A stretch of 59,487 bases of DNA, filler included. It is 5 parts of 5 records of this genome, joined end to end, with 100 filler letters (N's around TTAATTAATTAA, not from the genome) between each part and the next. Parts side by side here need not be neighbours in the genome. Positions count along the whole stretch, not along the records: positions 1 to 13,760 come from DRR723986_9814; 4 more parts are not named here. One strand, written 5' to 3'. Shown here in pieces: positions 1 through 10,569 of this stretch. The position numbers were made by a program, and so were the translations under genes. Position 1 is the first letter of the stretch. Each line of letters starts with the position of its first letter. The notes under the pieces are model-generated. The model searched no databases. It was not told where the DNA came from and saw only the letters and a program-made list of their open reading frames with translations.

Positions 1-730
1 GATCCAGTACTACAACGACAAGAACGCGGATCTGCAAGCCAAGGCCGAGGCCAACGGCTGGACCGGGAATGAGTTGACCAACTTCAACCGCGACATCCTT
101 GTGCTGGCCAACCCCGAAATCGCAAGCCTTCCGGGTTGGGTGATCGGTCTTGTGGCGGCGGGCGGCCTTGCGGCGGCTCTGTCTACTGCGGCGGGTTTGC
201 TTCTGGCGATCTCCTCTGCGGTGTCTCACGATTTGCTCAAAGGTCAGTTGACCCCGAACATGTCTGAGAAGTCGGAACTCTTGGCGGCGCGTATCTCGAT
301 GGCGGCGGCGATTGTGGTGGCGGTTCTGCTGGGCCTCAACCCGCCGGGATTTGCGGCGCAAACCGTGGCGCTTGCCTTTGGTCTTGCCGCAGCATCGATC
401 TTCCCTGCGCTGATGATGGGTATCTTCTCCACCCGCATCAACAACACCGGCGCCGTGGCTGGTATGCTGGCCGGTCTGGTGGTGACACTGCTCTACATCT
501 TCCTTCACAAGGGTTGGTTCTTTATCCCTGACACCAACTCTTTCACCGATGCAGATCCCCTGCTTGGTCCGATCAAATCCACCTCCTTTGGTGCGATCGG
601 CGCGGCGGTCAACTTTGCGGTGGCCTATGTGGTCTCCGGCATGACGAAGGAGACCCCGCAAGAGATCAAGGATCTGGTACAAAGCGTGCGTATCCCGCGC
701 GGTGCGGGGGGTGCGGTCGAAGACCACTAA
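1..730 (+). CDS. actP: Sodium:solute symporter, ActP-like cation/acetate symporter (5' partial)
   Basis: The frame is open back to position 2 (IQYYNDKN...). It has the SSS motif GGLAAALSTAAGLLLAISSAVSHD and many transmembrane segments, and lies next to the DUF294 and exonuclease genes typical of actP loci. Confidence 0.85.
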   Translation, partial: IQYYNDKNADLQAKAEANGWTGNELTNFNRDILVLANPEIASLPGWVIGLVAAGGLAAALSTAAGLLLAISSAVSHDLLKGQLTPNMSEKSELLAARISMAAAIVVAVLLGLNPPGFAAQTVALAFGLAAASIFPALMMGIFSTRINNTGAVAGMLAGLVVTLLYIFLHKGWFFIPDTNSFTDADPLLGPIKSTSFGAIGAAVNFAVAYVVSGMTKETPQEIKDLVQSVRIPRGAGGAVEDH

Positions 731-740
731 ACAAACGCCT

Positions 741-811
741 GACACCGCTGCAATCCTGCGGCGGTGTCTCGCATTTCAATTCCGTCCTGCCCGCGTCACA
801 GTGGGCAGGAC
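741..811 (+). terminator. Two stem-loops after actP (possible terminator or mRNA stabiliser)
   Basis: GACACCGC..GCGGTGTC at 741-768 and GTCCTGCCC..GGGCAGGAC at 784-811. No strong U-tract. Confidence 0.45.
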
Positions 812-835
812 AGTGCATTTACAAAGGCAAGCGCT

Positions 836-2656
836 ATGCCCCTTCCGGCCAACCTGATCCAGTTTCTTGCCTCGGTTCATCCCTATGACAGCCTGCCTGA
901 AGGCGATCTGAACGCGCTGGGAGCCGTCTGCGAGGCGCGTGAGTTTGCGCCGGGAGACTTGGCCTTTGCCGTGGGTGACACTGTTGCGGATCTGTTTATC
1001 ATCGCCGAGGGCGAGGTGGAGATCACCGACGAGACCGGCGTGCAATTGTCGATCCTTGGTCCGCGTAATTCCTTTGGCGAACGCGCCTTGCTGCGCGGCG
1101 ATGCCGCCAGCCGTACCGCCACCATCACGGCGCAATCGCGGATGATCGTCATGCCCGCCGCAACCCTTTTCGAACTTATCGAGGGCCAGCCTGCTGTTGC
1201 ACGGTTCTTTGATCGCCGCCGCCCCGCGCGGGCCGACCGCAAAGACCTGACCACCTTGCCGGTAGATCAGTTGATGACCCGCAATCCGGTCACCTGCACG
1301 CCACAGACCTCCATTCGCGAGGCCGCCGCGATGATGCATGAGGCGCATATTTCGTCGATCTGTGTCACCAGCTCGGATGGGCTTGAGGGGATCGTAACCG
1401 TCCGTGACATGACGGGCCGTGTCGTGGCGCAGGGCGTTGATATCGACGGCCCCATTTGTGATGTGATGACCCGTACCCAACTGACGCTTGGGCCCAAGGC
1501 ACTGGTCACGGATGTTCTGCACCTGATGGTGGAACGCGGCATTGGCCATATCCCTATCGTGGACGGCGCTGACCTTCTGGGCATCGTCACGCAAACTGAT
1601 CTGACCCGCGCCCAAGCCATGTCCTCGGCGGATCTGGTGGGCCGCGTGGCCAAGGCGGATGAGGCCGTCACGATGGCCCGCGCCACAGCCGAGATCCCGC
1701 AACTGTTGGTGCAACTGGTGGAGGCCGGAAACCGCCACGAGGTTATCACCCGTCTGATCACCGATATTGCCGACACCGCCACCCGCCGGTTGTTGGCACT
1801 GGCCGAGGCAGAGCTGGGCGCGCCGCCGGTGCCTTACCTTTGGCTCGCTTGCGGATCACAGGGCCGGCAGGAACAAACCGGCGTTTCGGATCAGGACAAT
1901 TGCCTGATCCTGTCTGATGATGTCACCGATACCGATATGCCCTATTTCGCGGCGCTCGCCAAATACGTCAGTGACGGGTTGGACACTTGCGGATATTTCT
2001 ATTGCCCCGGCGATATGATGGGGACCAACCCGCGTTGGTGCCAGCCTCTGCAGGTCTGGCGCGACTATTTCAAAGGCTGGATCGCCAAGCCCGACCCTGA
2101 GGCGCAGATGCTGGCCTCTGTCATGTTTGATCTGCGGCCCATCGGCGGCGATCAAACTCTGTTTGCCGATCTGCAGAAAAAGACACTCATGCAGGCGTCG
2201 AAAAATTCGATCTTCACAGCGCATATGGTCTCGAACTCGCTAGGGCATCAGCCGCCCTTGGGACTGCTGCGCGGGCTGGCGACGATCCGGTCGGGGGAAC
2301 ATCGCAACCAACTTGATCTCAAACATGCGGGCGTGGTGCCGGTGGTGGATCTGGGCCGGATCTACACCTTGCAAGGGCGTCTGAGGCAGGTCAACACCCG
2401 CGCCCGTCTTGAGGCTGCGATGGCTGCTGGCGTGCTGTCGAGTTCCGGCGGTGCGGATCTGCTGGACGCCTACGACCTGATCGCCGTGACACGGCTTGAA
2501 CATCAGGCGGCGCAGATCAAGGCAGGGGAAAAGCCGGGCAATTACCTCGATCCATCGAGGCTGTCTGATTTTGAACGCAGTCATTTGCGCGATGCCTTTG
2601 TGGTGGTCAAAACAATGCAATCGGCCGTGGGATCCGGCAAAGGTGCGATAGGATGA
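836..2656 (+). CDS. cNMP-binding + CBS pair + DUF294 nucleotidyltransferase-like signalling protein
   Basis: cNMP motif SFGERALL, two CBS repeats, Pol-beta-type NTase motif GSQGRQEQ..SDQDN and a C-terminal substrate-binding region (LDLKHAG). ATG at 836 follows AAGG. Confidence 0.9.
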   Translation: MPLPANLIQFLASVHPYDSLPEGDLNALGAVCEAREFAPGDLAFAVGDTVADLFIIAEGEVEITDETGVQLSILGPRNSFGERALLRGDAASRTATITAQSRMIVMPAATLFELIEGQPAVARFFDRRRPARADRKDLTTLPVDQLMTRNPVTCTPQTSIREAAAMMHEAHISSICVTSSDGLEGIVTVRDMTGRVVAQGVDIDGPICDVMTRTQLTLGPKALVTDVLHLMVERGIGHIPIVDGADLLGIVTQTDLTRAQAMSSADLVGRVAKADEAVTMARATAEIPQLLVQLVEAGNRHEVITRLITDIADTATRRLLALAEAELGAPPVPYLWLACGSQGRQEQTGVSDQDNCLILSDDVTDTDMPYFAALAKYVSDGLDTCGYFYCPGDMMGTNPRWCQPLQVWRDYFKGWIAKPDPEAQMLASVMFDLRPIGGDQTLFADLQKKTLMQASKNSIFTAHMVSNSLGHQPPLGLLRGLATIRSGEHRNQLDLKHAGVVPVVDLGRIYTLQGRLRQVNTRARLEAAMAAGVLSSSGGADLLDAYDLIAVTRLEHQAAQIKAGEKPGNYLDPSRLSDFERSHLRDAFVVVKTMQSAVGSGKGAIG

Positions 2657-2660
2657 CGTC

Positions 2661-3179
2661 ATGTTTGTAGAATTGATTGCCACGGTTTTTGCCGGGATTG
2701 CCTGCGCCGGTCTTGTGATGGCGCTGAACATCATCACAGGGCGGCGTTTGCCCAAATGGATCATGCCCATCGCCGCGGGGGCAGGTATGATCGGCATGAC
2801 CATCTCGAACGAATACACATGGTTTGACCGCACGGCCGAACGTCTGCCCGAAGGTGTCGAAATCGCGCTCCAGGTCGAGGAACAGGGCTGGCTGCGACCC
2901 TGGACGAAGATCTGGCCCTATACCAAGCGGTTTTCGGCTGTCGACACTGGCACGGCGCGCCGCAATGAAAACCTGCCGGACCAACGGCTTGCCGATATCT
3001 ATTTCTTTGGCCGCTGGTCGCCGATCAGTCAGGCGCCCATGCTGTTTGATTGTGCAGCATCGCGGTCCGCATTGCTCATCGACGGGGCGGACTTTGGCGC
3101 GGATGGCGCGGTCGCCGATGCCGATTGGCACGCAGTGCCAGCCGATGATCCGATCCTGAAACTGGTCTGCGAGGGCTGA
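2661..3179 (+). CDS. Hypothetical membrane-anchored protein
   Basis: Two N-terminal hydrophobic helices; packed 4 nt and 1 nt from its neighbours. Confidence 0.75.
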   Translation: MFVELIATVFAGIACAGLVMALNIITGRRLPKWIMPIAAGAGMIGMTISNEYTWFDRTAERLPEGVEIALQVEEQGWLRPWTKIWPYTKRFSAVDTGTARRNENLPDQRLADIYFFGRWSPISQAPMLFDCAASRSALLIDGADFGADGAVADADWHAVPADDPILKLVCEG

Positions 3180-3180
3180 C

Positions 3181-4593
3181 ATGTTCACCCGCCTGTCCCT
3201 GCGATTGCGCATCTTCCTGTTTTTCTGCCTGCTGGCGGCAGGAGGCGCGGCGCTGGCAGGCGGGGCGCTTTGGTTCGGCTGGTCGCGGGCCGAAACCGCC
3301 TTGCCCACGGCGCCCTTCATCACGTCCTTTATCATGTTTGCCTTTCTCAACACCGGTCTTGCGGTGGCGGTCTGGCTGCTGTTTGACGAAAACGTTGCCA
3401 AGCCAATCAACAAATTGTCCGCCGATCTGCGGCTGCGGGCGCATTCGGGGATTGACGGGCCGGTTGATACTGCCGCCGCACGGTATCTGGGCGATCTGGC
3501 CCCGGCAGCGGGGGCGTTGTCGCGCACTCTGAACGCGTCGATGATGGACACCGCGACGCAGGTTGCGCATGAAACCCAGCGTTTGAAATCCGAAAGCGAA
3601 CGTTTGACGGCGCTGCTCACCGAAATTCCGATAGCAACGATCCTGCTGAACCCGGCGCATGAGATTGTCCTTTATGACGGTCAGGCAGCGGATGTTTTGT
3701 CGCAAATAGCGCCGCCGCGCCTCAAAGCGCCATTGTCGGATTATTTTGATCTCACCACGCTGACCGATGCGATTGTCCAGCTATCGCCGGACATCTCGGA
3801 GGTGCCCTTCAAACTGGGTGACAAAAAAGCCGAGCGTGTCTTTGACGCGCAGGTGAAATCTTTGGGCGATGGCGGTCATATGATCCTCATCGATGTGCAA
3901 GCCATCGCCAGCCAGCTGCTCAAGGCGCGGCCCTTGGTGTTTGACTTTGAGCTGATGAATGTCGCCGAGACCAAAGAGATCAGGGACACCCCGCTGCGCG
4001 ACTTGTGTTTTGTGCCCTTCGACACCGAAACCACCGGCCTTTCGGTTGAGAATGACGCGATCATCCAGATCGGCGGTGTGCGCATCCTGAACGGACAGAT
4101 CATCGACGGTGAGGCATTCGATAGCTTTGTGCATCCTGGCCGCAAGATACCGCCCGGCTCAACGCTGGTGCACGGAATATCTGATGATGATGTCGCTGAT
4201 GCACCCGATATTGCCACGGCGGGGCGTGCGTTTCATCATTTCGCCCGCGACGCCATTCTGGTGGCCCATAACGCCCCCTTCGACATCGGGCTTCTGCGCA
4301 AATCCGAAGCCGAGATGGGGGTGGAGTGGAACCATCCTGTGTTGGATACGGTGCTGCTGTCCGCGGTGATCTTTGGGGTGACCGAAGAACATTCGCTGGA
4401 TGCTTTATGCGACCGCCTTGCCATTACAATACCGGCAGAGCTGCGACACACCGCTTACGGTGACGCCCATGCAACCGGCGCGGCCTTGGTCAAACTGCTG
4501 CCGCTGTTGGAGGGCAGGGGCGTGCTGACATTTGGGCAGCTGATCGAAGAGACACGCAAACACAGCCGTCTGCTGCATGATCTGAATGACTAA
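3181..4593 (+). CDS. Membrane-anchored DEDDh 3'-5' exonuclease (DnaQ-like domain)
   Basis: Two N-terminal transmembrane helices, a coiled/PAS-like middle region, then Exo motifs FDTETTG, HNAPFD and HTAYGDA. Confidence 0.9.
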   Translation: MFTRLSLRLRIFLFFCLLAAGGAALAGGALWFGWSRAETALPTAPFITSFIMFAFLNTGLAVAVWLLFDENVAKPINKLSADLRLRAHSGIDGPVDTAAARYLGDLAPAAGALSRTLNASMMDTATQVAHETQRLKSESERLTALLTEIPIATILLNPAHEIVLYDGQAADVLSQIAPPRLKAPLSDYFDLTTLTDAIVQLSPDISEVPFKLGDKKAERVFDAQVKSLGDGGHMILIDVQAIASQLLKARPLVFDFELMNVAETKEIRDTPLRDLCFVPFDTETTGLSVENDAIIQIGGVRILNGQIIDGEAFDSFVHPGRKIPPGSTLVHGISDDDVADAPDIATAGRAFHHFARDAILVAHNAPFDIGLLRKSEAEMGVEWNHPVLDTVLLSAVIFGVTEEHSLDALCDRLAITIPAELRHTAYGDAHATGAALVKLLPLLEGRGVLTFGQLIEETRKHSRLLHDLND

Positions 4594-4596
4594 CGA

Positions 4597-5778
4597 CTAG
4601 CGATAAACCCGATGATTGCGCAGGCCCCAGTCAGAGTAGAGATCGGCCAAGATGGTGCCAAACTGCGCCTCTGCCTGCGCCTTGTCGATCACACCTGTGC
4701 CAGTGCGGCCAAACACCGTCACAACATCGCCAACCTGTACGCCGCTGATCTTGGTCACATCGGCCACAATGGTGTTCATCGACATTTTGCCTAGGACTGG
4801 CACGACCTGACCTTTGATGATCACGGCGCTGCGGTTGTGCGCGTTGCGGTAAAATCCATTGGCATAGCCGATAGAAATGCAGGCCAGCCGGCTGTCCCGG
4901 TCCAGATGATTTGCGCGGTCATAGCCAACGGTCGCACCTTGAGGGTAGGTGCCGAGGCCAACAACGCGGGCCTTCAATTCCATCGTGGGGGCAAAGCCGA
5001 GTTCGGGTTTCAAAATTCCGTAAATGATCGCGCCGCAGCGGTACATGTCGGTCTCAATCGGGACATCCGAAACCAAGGTCAATGAACTGCCCGCATGCAC
5101 AATCAGGTCTGAGCGTTGCAGATCGCTGTTGTCCAGGACCCAGCCGACCTGTTGTTGGAAAACAGCAGAGTTTTGCTGCAATTGCGCGGGTTCGTTCGAC
5201 GAAAAATGGGTGCAGATCCCGGTGACATGCCCGCCAAGCAGGGCCAGTATTTCCATGCATACCGCCTTGCCGGCATCGGTCGACAGATCCAGCCCGTCTC
5301 GTGACATGCCTTCCGCATCCAGAGCCAGATGAGCCCTTTCAAGATCATGGCCCCCATCCAAAAGGCTGCGATAGTGCCGTGCCGCGTCAAGCGATCCGAT
5401 CTGTTCTTGAACGTGGTCAGATGCGGCACTGCCCATCTCGGCCAAAGTCGCGGCGCGCAGGCGGATGAGGTCGCCGGTAAAGCCTGCCTCGCGCACGGCG
5501 CGGGCCTCAGAGTTGGATGTGATCCCGATCCAGGTGATGCCTCGCGCCATGACCAATGGCACAACCTGCTTGATCCCGTGACCGTATGCATCTGCTTTGA
5601 GAACGGCGCAAAACTTTGACCGGCTGGGCAACATATCGCAGGCCAGTTCTAGATTTTTGGAAATGCGGCTTTGGTAGATATCACACCAAGAGCTGCGGCA
5701 AAGATCGCGGCGGTGGGTCACGAAACAAGCCGCCCGAGTGTTCCGCGTTCGATATGCGTTAGAAGCGTTCTCTGGCAA
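4597..5778 (-). CDS. alr: PLP-dependent alanine racemase-family enzyme, broad-spectrum (Bsr-like) type; start may be GTG at 5721
   Basis: PLP lysine motif CAVLKADAYGHG, catalytic Tyr in VGY, IGYANG and GKMSMN. Confidence 0.88.
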   Translation of the reverse strand: MPENASNAYRTRNTRAACFVTHRRDLCRSSWCDIYQSRISKNLELACDMLPSRSKFCAVLKADAYGHGIKQVVPLVMARGITWIGITSNSEARAVREAGFTGDLIRLRAATLAEMGSAASDHVQEQIGSLDAARHYRSLLDGGHDLERAHLALDAEGMSRDGLDLSTDAGKAVCMEILALLGGHVTGICTHFSSNEPAQLQQNSAVFQQQVGWVLDNSDLQRSDLIVHAGSSLTLVSDVPIETDMYRCGAIIYGILKPELGFAPTMELKARVVGLGTYPQGATVGYDRANHLDRDSRLACISIGYANGFYRNAHNRSAVIIKGQVVPVLGKMSMNTIVADVTKISGVQVGDVVTVFGRTGTGVIDKAQAEAQFGTILADLYSDWGLRNHRVYR

Positions 5779-5800
5779 GAATGGGCCATCGCGCCGGTCC

Positions 5801-7093
5801 TCAAATCTCTTCGGTGCCGCACCAGCGGGCGATGAAAGATGCGGTGGCCTTGGTCACACGGCGCATACTTTCCAGCTCGACGCGTTCGTTAAACCCATGG
5901 ATCGCTTCGGCCCTCGGCCCATAGACCAAAGCAGGCGTATCAGCGTAAAGCCCGAAGAACCGGGCATCTGTTGTTGCTGTGATCGCCGTTTTTTTGAGGT
6001 CCGCACCGGTGGCGGCCTGATGGGCATCCCCCAGCGCATCAATGGCAAATCTGGCGCGGTCCGAACTGTCTTGCGACAGCGCGTAACCTTCGGCTTCAAA
6101 CCCGTGATAGACGATCTCAGGCAGGGAATTTCGCAAAAAGTCGTTTTCCCGCGCCGCATCCAGAATGATCTCTTCGATCTCGGTTTTGGCAGTCTCAATA
6201 GATTGGCCCGGAAAGATCGCCATGCGCACATCAAAGACCGCCCAGGCAGGCACAGAGCTGGTCCAGTCGCCGCCCTGGATCTTGGCAACATTCAGGTTCA
6301 GCGCATGTTCCATATGGGCATAGGCATCGGGGCGGTTTTCGGCGGCGTTCCAGCGATGTTCCATCTCGTGCAAGGCCTTGATTAATGGAATGGCGGCCTC
6401 AATCGCGTTGGCCCCGCTGCCCGCGTAGGCCACATGGGTCGGGCGACCCTTGAGATGCACCTGAAACCACAAGACGCCCAATTGCGCTGTGACCAGCTTT
6501 TCCGAGAACGGTTCAGGGATCAGTGCGGCGTCTGCCTTGTAACCCCGCGCAAGGCAGGCCAAGGCGCCGTTTCCGGTGCATTCCTCCTCAACCACGGATT
6601 GATAAAACACATCTGCGGCAGGGGCCAAGCCGCAGGCGGCCAAGGCATCCATCGCAAAGAGGTTCGACGCCAGACCCGCCTTCATATCGCCGCCGCCTCG
6701 CCCGTAAAGCCACCCGCCTTCAACGCGCGGTTCATAGGGCGGGCTGTCCCACATATCCAGCGGCCCTTCGGGCACCACATCGATATGCCCGTTCAGGATC
6801 AGGGACCGTCCGGTTTTGGTCTTTGACCGGTGCGAACCGACCACGTTGACCGCATCCTCATAAGAGCCAAGCACAGGCGAAAACCCCGGCAGATGCTGGA
6901 TGTCTGCCACGTCGATTTGCCAGCGGTCCAGTTCATAGCCACGCGCGGTCAGGGCATGGGCCATGAAATCCTGCGCGGCCTGTTCCTTTCCTCTGGTCGA
7001 AGGAAAAGCGGTCAGGTCAGACAGGAATGCCACCTGCTGGTCAAATGCTGCATCAATGGCATCAAACAGGCGGGCTTGTAGATCTGATTGCAT
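5801..7093 (-). CDS. ArgE/DapE-family (M20) deacylase
   Basis: Motifs LNGHIDVVP, GRGGGDMKAG, VEEECTG and AIHGFNE. ATG at 7093 with an AAGGAG RBS. Confidence 0.9.
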   Translation of the reverse strand: MQSDLQARLFDAIDAAFDQQVAFLSDLTAFPSTRGKEQAAQDFMAHALTARGYELDRWQIDVADIQHLPGFSPVLGSYEDAVNVVGSHRSKTKTGRSLILNGHIDVVPEGPLDMWDSPPYEPRVEGGWLYGRGGGDMKAGLASNLFAMDALAACGLAPAADVFYQSVVEEECTGNGALACLARGYKADAALIPEPFSEKLVTAQLGVLWFQVHLKGRPTHVAYAGSGANAIEAAIPLIKALHEMEHRWNAAENRPDAYAHMEHALNLNVAKIQGGDWTSSVPAWAVFDVRMAIFPGQSIETAKTEIEEIILDAARENDFLRNSLPEIVYHGFEAEGYALSQDSSDRARFAIDALGDAHQAATGADLKKTAITATTDARFFGLYADTPALVYGPRAEAIHGFNERVELESMRRVTKATASFIARWCGTEEI

Positions 7094-7104
7094 GATCTGG
7101 CTCC

Positions 7105-7764
7105 TTAAAAACTGGGCAGCGGCGAGTGCGAAAGGATCAGGGGCGCATCGGTTGCGGCGCAAACCTCTTCCGGGCTGACCCCTTTGGCGGTCTCGATCAG
7201 GGCAAAGCCATCCGCAGTTACATCAATCACTGCCATATCGGTAAAGATCCGCGCCACGCAGGCCTGCGCGGTGATCGGAAGGGTACATTTGACCTTCAAT
7301 TTCGACTTGCCGGCACGGTCCAGATGGGTTGTCAGAACCACCACCCGCCGCGCCTTCTGGGCCAGTTCAACTCCGCCGCCGACGCCGGGTGAGAATTTGC
7401 CCGGTATTTTCCAGTTGGCCAGATCGCCATTGGCTGCCACCTCAAACGCGCCCAGCATCGTCAGGTCCAGCCGTCCGGATCGCACCATTGCAAAGCTGGT
7501 GGCGCTGTCAAAAAACGCCGATCCCGGCATGGTCGAGACATAGGCCCCTCCCGCATCAATAAGGTTGCGATCAGCCTGTTCGGGCGGCAAGGTCGGGCCA
7601 ACCCCGGTCATGCCGTTTTCCGTATGCAGACAGACAGGAATGCCAGAGGCCAGATGATTGACCACTTGGGTGGGCATGCCGATCCCCAGATTAACCACCA
7701 TCCCCGGTGCAATCTCGCGGGCGGCGCGGGCGATCATGCGGGTTCTAGCGTCGGACAACGGCAT
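7105..7764 (-). CDS. 3-oxoacid CoA-transferase subunit B
   Basis: VNLGIGMPT, catalytic Glu in TENG and GDLANW. ATG at 7764 with a GAGGA RBS. Confidence 0.9.
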   Translation of the reverse strand: MPLSDARTRMIARAAREIAPGMVVNLGIGMPTQVVNHLASGIPVCLHTENGMTGVGPTLPPEQADRNLIDAGGAYVSTMPGSAFFDSATSFAMVRSGRLDLTMLGAFEVAANGDLANWKIPGKFSPGVGGGVELAQKARRVVVLTTHLDRAGKSKLKVKCTLPITAQACVARIFTDMAVIDVTADGFALIETAKGVSPEEVCAATDAPLILSHSPLPSF

Positions 7765-8437
7765 ATTCCTCGGACAAGTTTTCCAACTGTGTGACGTGAT
7801 CGACAAAAACGCCCGCAGTTTGCACCGCGTTGGCTGCAATTTCCCCGGGAAGGACAACAGTCTCGGCCTCAACGATGACACAAGCCGCGGCCATCGCCAT
7901 CAGCGGGCTGAAGTTCTGCGCTGTGGCAGCATAGGTCAGATTGCCAAAAGTATCGGCGCGATCCGCGTGGATCAGGGCCACATCGGCCCGCAAGGCAGGC
8001 TCAACCAGATAGGTTGTTCCCTGCATCTTGACCACCTGCTTGCCTTCGGCCAGTTCTGTTCCGATGCCAATATCGCTTAGCACCCCGCCAAGGCCGCTGC
8101 CGCCAGCACGAATGCGCTCTGCTAAGATGCCTTGGGGATTGAATTCAACGTCTATCGCGCCGGAGTTCATCAATCCAATGGCGTGGCTGTTCAGCCCCAG
8201 ATGGGTGGTGATCAGCCGCGCCACCTGTCCGCTGCGCAGCAGATGATCAACGCCCATGCCTGGTTCATTGGCGTCATTCTTGATCACGGTCAGATTGCGA
8301 GCGTCTTGTTGGACAAGTGCCTGGATCAGCGTGAAAGGCGTGCCGGGCACGCCAAACCCGCCGATCATAACCGTATCGCCATCCTTGATCCGGCCCACCG
8401 CTGCCGCGATGTCACATCGTTTGTCGGGCAGCTTCAT
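7745..8437 (-). CDS. 3-oxoacid CoA-transferase subunit A
   Basis: IKDGDTVMIGGFG and PQGILAERIRAGGSG. Confidence 0.9.
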   Translation of the reverse strand: MKLPDKRCDIAAAVGRIKDGDTVMIGGFGVPGTPFTLIQALVQQDARNLTVIKNDANEPGMGVDHLLRSGQVARLITTHLGLNSHAIGLMNSGAIDVEFNPQGILAERIRAGGSGLGGVLSDIGIGTELAEGKQVVKMQGTTYLVEPALRADVALIHADRADTFGNLTYAATAQNFSPLMAMAAACVIVEAETVVLPGEIAANAVQTAGVFVDHVTQLENLSEEYAVVRR

Positions 8438-9786
8438 TGCGCGCCCTCGACGTGCAGTCCGGTTTCAGCCGCGAAAGCATCCAGCGCCGCGCAAAGGATC
8501 GTCATCATCTCGTCAATCTGGGCTTCGGTGATGATCAAGGGTGGGGCCAGCAGAAAATGATCGCCCGCCGTGCCGCCACGTGTGCGGCGCGAATAGATGA
8601 TCAAACCGCGCTCATAGGCCAGTTCAACCAGCCGCGCATGCGCCTCAAGGCTGGGCGGCAAAGGCTCCATGGTTTCGCGGTCGCTGACAAATTCAAACGC
8701 GGTCAACAGCCCCTTGCCGCGCACAGCGCCAATGAACGGATAACGCTCCATCAACCCGCGCAACTGGGCCATCAGCACTTCGCCCATATTCGCGGCGTTT
8801 TCGATCAGACCTTGATCTTCCATTTCTTCCAGTACGGCCAGCCCCGCCGAACAGGCCAAAGGATTGCCCGCATAGGTGAAGCCATGCAAAAAGCCGCCCG
8901 CATCCAGCACCGGTTCGACCAGCCGCGCCCCGGCAACAATCGCGCCCAAGGGCGCATAGCCCGCGCCAAACCCCTTGGACATGGCCACGATGTCCGGCGT
9001 GATGCCCCAATGTTCAGCGGCAAGGAATTTGCCGGTGCGCCCCGCGCCGGTCATGACCTCGTCGTAGATCAGCAGGACGCCGAACTCATCGCAGATCTCG
9101 CGGATGCGGCCATAATAGCTGTCCGGTGCGACCAAGGCGCCTGTCGAGGCCCCACCGACCGGCTCCATCAAGAAAGCCAGCACTGTTTCGGGTCCTTCCT
9201 CGATGATCTTGTCGCGCAGCATTTCCGCGTATTTCAGACCCCGTTCCTCTTCGCTGAGGTTGTCGCGGTCCAGGTAGGTGGCGGGTGCGGGGATGCTTGG
9301 CATCCCTTTCATCATCGGGTCAAAAGGCGCACGCAGCGGATCATAGCCGGTCAGATCAAGCGCCCCCAACGTACACCCGTGATAAGACGGAAACCGAGAG
9401 ATGACCTTGCTGCGGCTGCCTTGCCCTTGGGTCAGCGCATACTGCCGGGCGAGTTTAAGCGCACTTTCTACGGCCTCCGACCCACCAGAGACAAAGAACA
9501 CACGGTCCAGCCCGTCGGGCGTCATCGCCACCGTCTTGGAGGCCAGATCTTCGGAGGGATGGGTGCGGAAATGCAGGCGATACCCAAAGGTGGCCTTGTC
9601 CATCTGGGCCTTGATCTTGGCCAGCACCCGAGAGTTCGAATGGCCGATGTTGGACACCATCGCACCGGAAGAGCCGTCGATGTAGCGTTTGCCGGCCTCA
9701 TCAAACAGATAGATGCCTTCGCCTCGATCCAGAAATGGACGCGGGTTGCGCGATTGGTAGAAAAGATAGGAGGGCGCGTCGGTCAC
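8434..9786 (-). CDS. Class III aminotransferase
   Basis: [23 protein letters not shown] and the PLP lysine in MSKGFGAGY. Confidence 0.92.
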   Translation of the reverse strand: MTDAPSYLFYQSRNPRPFLDRGEGIYLFDEAGKRYIDGSSGAMVSNIGHSNSRVLAKIKAQMDKATFGYRLHFRTHPSEDLASKTVAMTPDGLDRVFFVSGGSEAVESALKLARQYALTQGQGSRSKVISRFPSYHGCTLGALDLTGYDPLRAPFDPMMKGMPSIPAPATYLDRDNLSEEERGLKYAEMLRDKIIEEGPETVLAFLMEPVGGASTGALVAPDSYYGRIREICDEFGVLLIYDEVMTGAGRTGKFLAAEHWGITPDIVAMSKGFGAGYAPLGAIVAGARLVEPVLDAGGFLHGFTYAGNPLACSAGLAVLEEMEDQGLIENAANMGEVLMAQLRGLMERYPFIGAVRGKGLLTAFEFVSDRETMEPLPPSLEAHARLVELAYERGLIIYSRRTRGGTAGDHFLLAPPLIITEAQIDEMMTILCAALDAFAAETGLHVEGAQ

Positions 9787-10553
9787 TTGGCACCTTCAAT
9801 GTGTTTGCGCAGAAATTCGCGGGTGCGGTCTTTGACAGGGTTCTTGAACACAACCTCGGGCGGGCCTTCCTCAACCACAACGCCTTGATCCATAAACAGA
9901 ACCCGATCACAAACCGCCGCGGCAAAATCCATCTCGTGGGTGACGATGATCATGGTCATGTGATCCTCGGCCAGCTTTTTCATCACCTGGTTCACCTCAT
10001 CGACCAATTCGGGATCAAGGGCGGATGTGGCCTCATCAAACAGCATCAACTTGGGCTTCATCGCCAAGGCGCGGGCGATCGCAACCCGCTGTTTCTGGCC
10101 GCCGGACAATTGCGAGGGGTAATAGTCAATCCGCTCCAGCATCCCGACATGGTCAAGCTGTTCTTCGGCCAGCTTGTTCGCCTCGGCCTTGGACAGATCC
10201 TTGAGCAGCATCGGCGCCATGGTGACGTTTTCGCGCACCGTCAAATGCGGGAACAGGTTGAAATGCTGGAACACCATGCCAATCTGTTGGCGCATCTCGT
10301 TGATGTGTTTCTCATATTGGCGGTGGGGCAGGGTCTTGTTGACCTGCACACCGTCCAGCCAGATCTCACCGCCGGTCAGCGCGTCAAGATCATTGATTGC
10401 CCGCAGCAGGGTTGATTTGCCCGATCCCGACGGGCCGATAATGGCAACGATCTGCCCGCGTTCCACGGTCAGGCTGATGTCCTTGAGCACCTCAAGATTG
10501 CCAAAGGATTTCTGTGCGTTTTCAATTCTGACGAAGTCGGATGTGTCGGTCAT
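9783..10553 (-). CDS. Polar amino acid ABC transporter ATP-binding protein
   Basis: Walker [10 protein letters not shown], signature LSGGQKQR and Walker B LFDEATS. Confidence 0.95.
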   Translation of the reverse strand: MTDTSDFVRIENAQKSFGNLEVLKDISLTVERGQIVAIIGPSGSGKSTLLRAINDLDALTGGEIWLDGVQVNKTLPHRQYEKHINEMRQQIGMVFQHFNLFPHLTVRENVTMAPMLLKDLSKAEANKLAEEQLDHVGMLERIDYYPSQLSGGQKQRVAIARALAMKPKLMLFDEATSALDPELVDEVNQVMKKLAEDHMTMIIVTHEMDFAAAVCDRVLFMDQGVVVEEGPPEVVFKNPVKDRTREFLRKHIEGAK

Positions 10554-10569
10554 GTCTGGCCCCTTGAGA

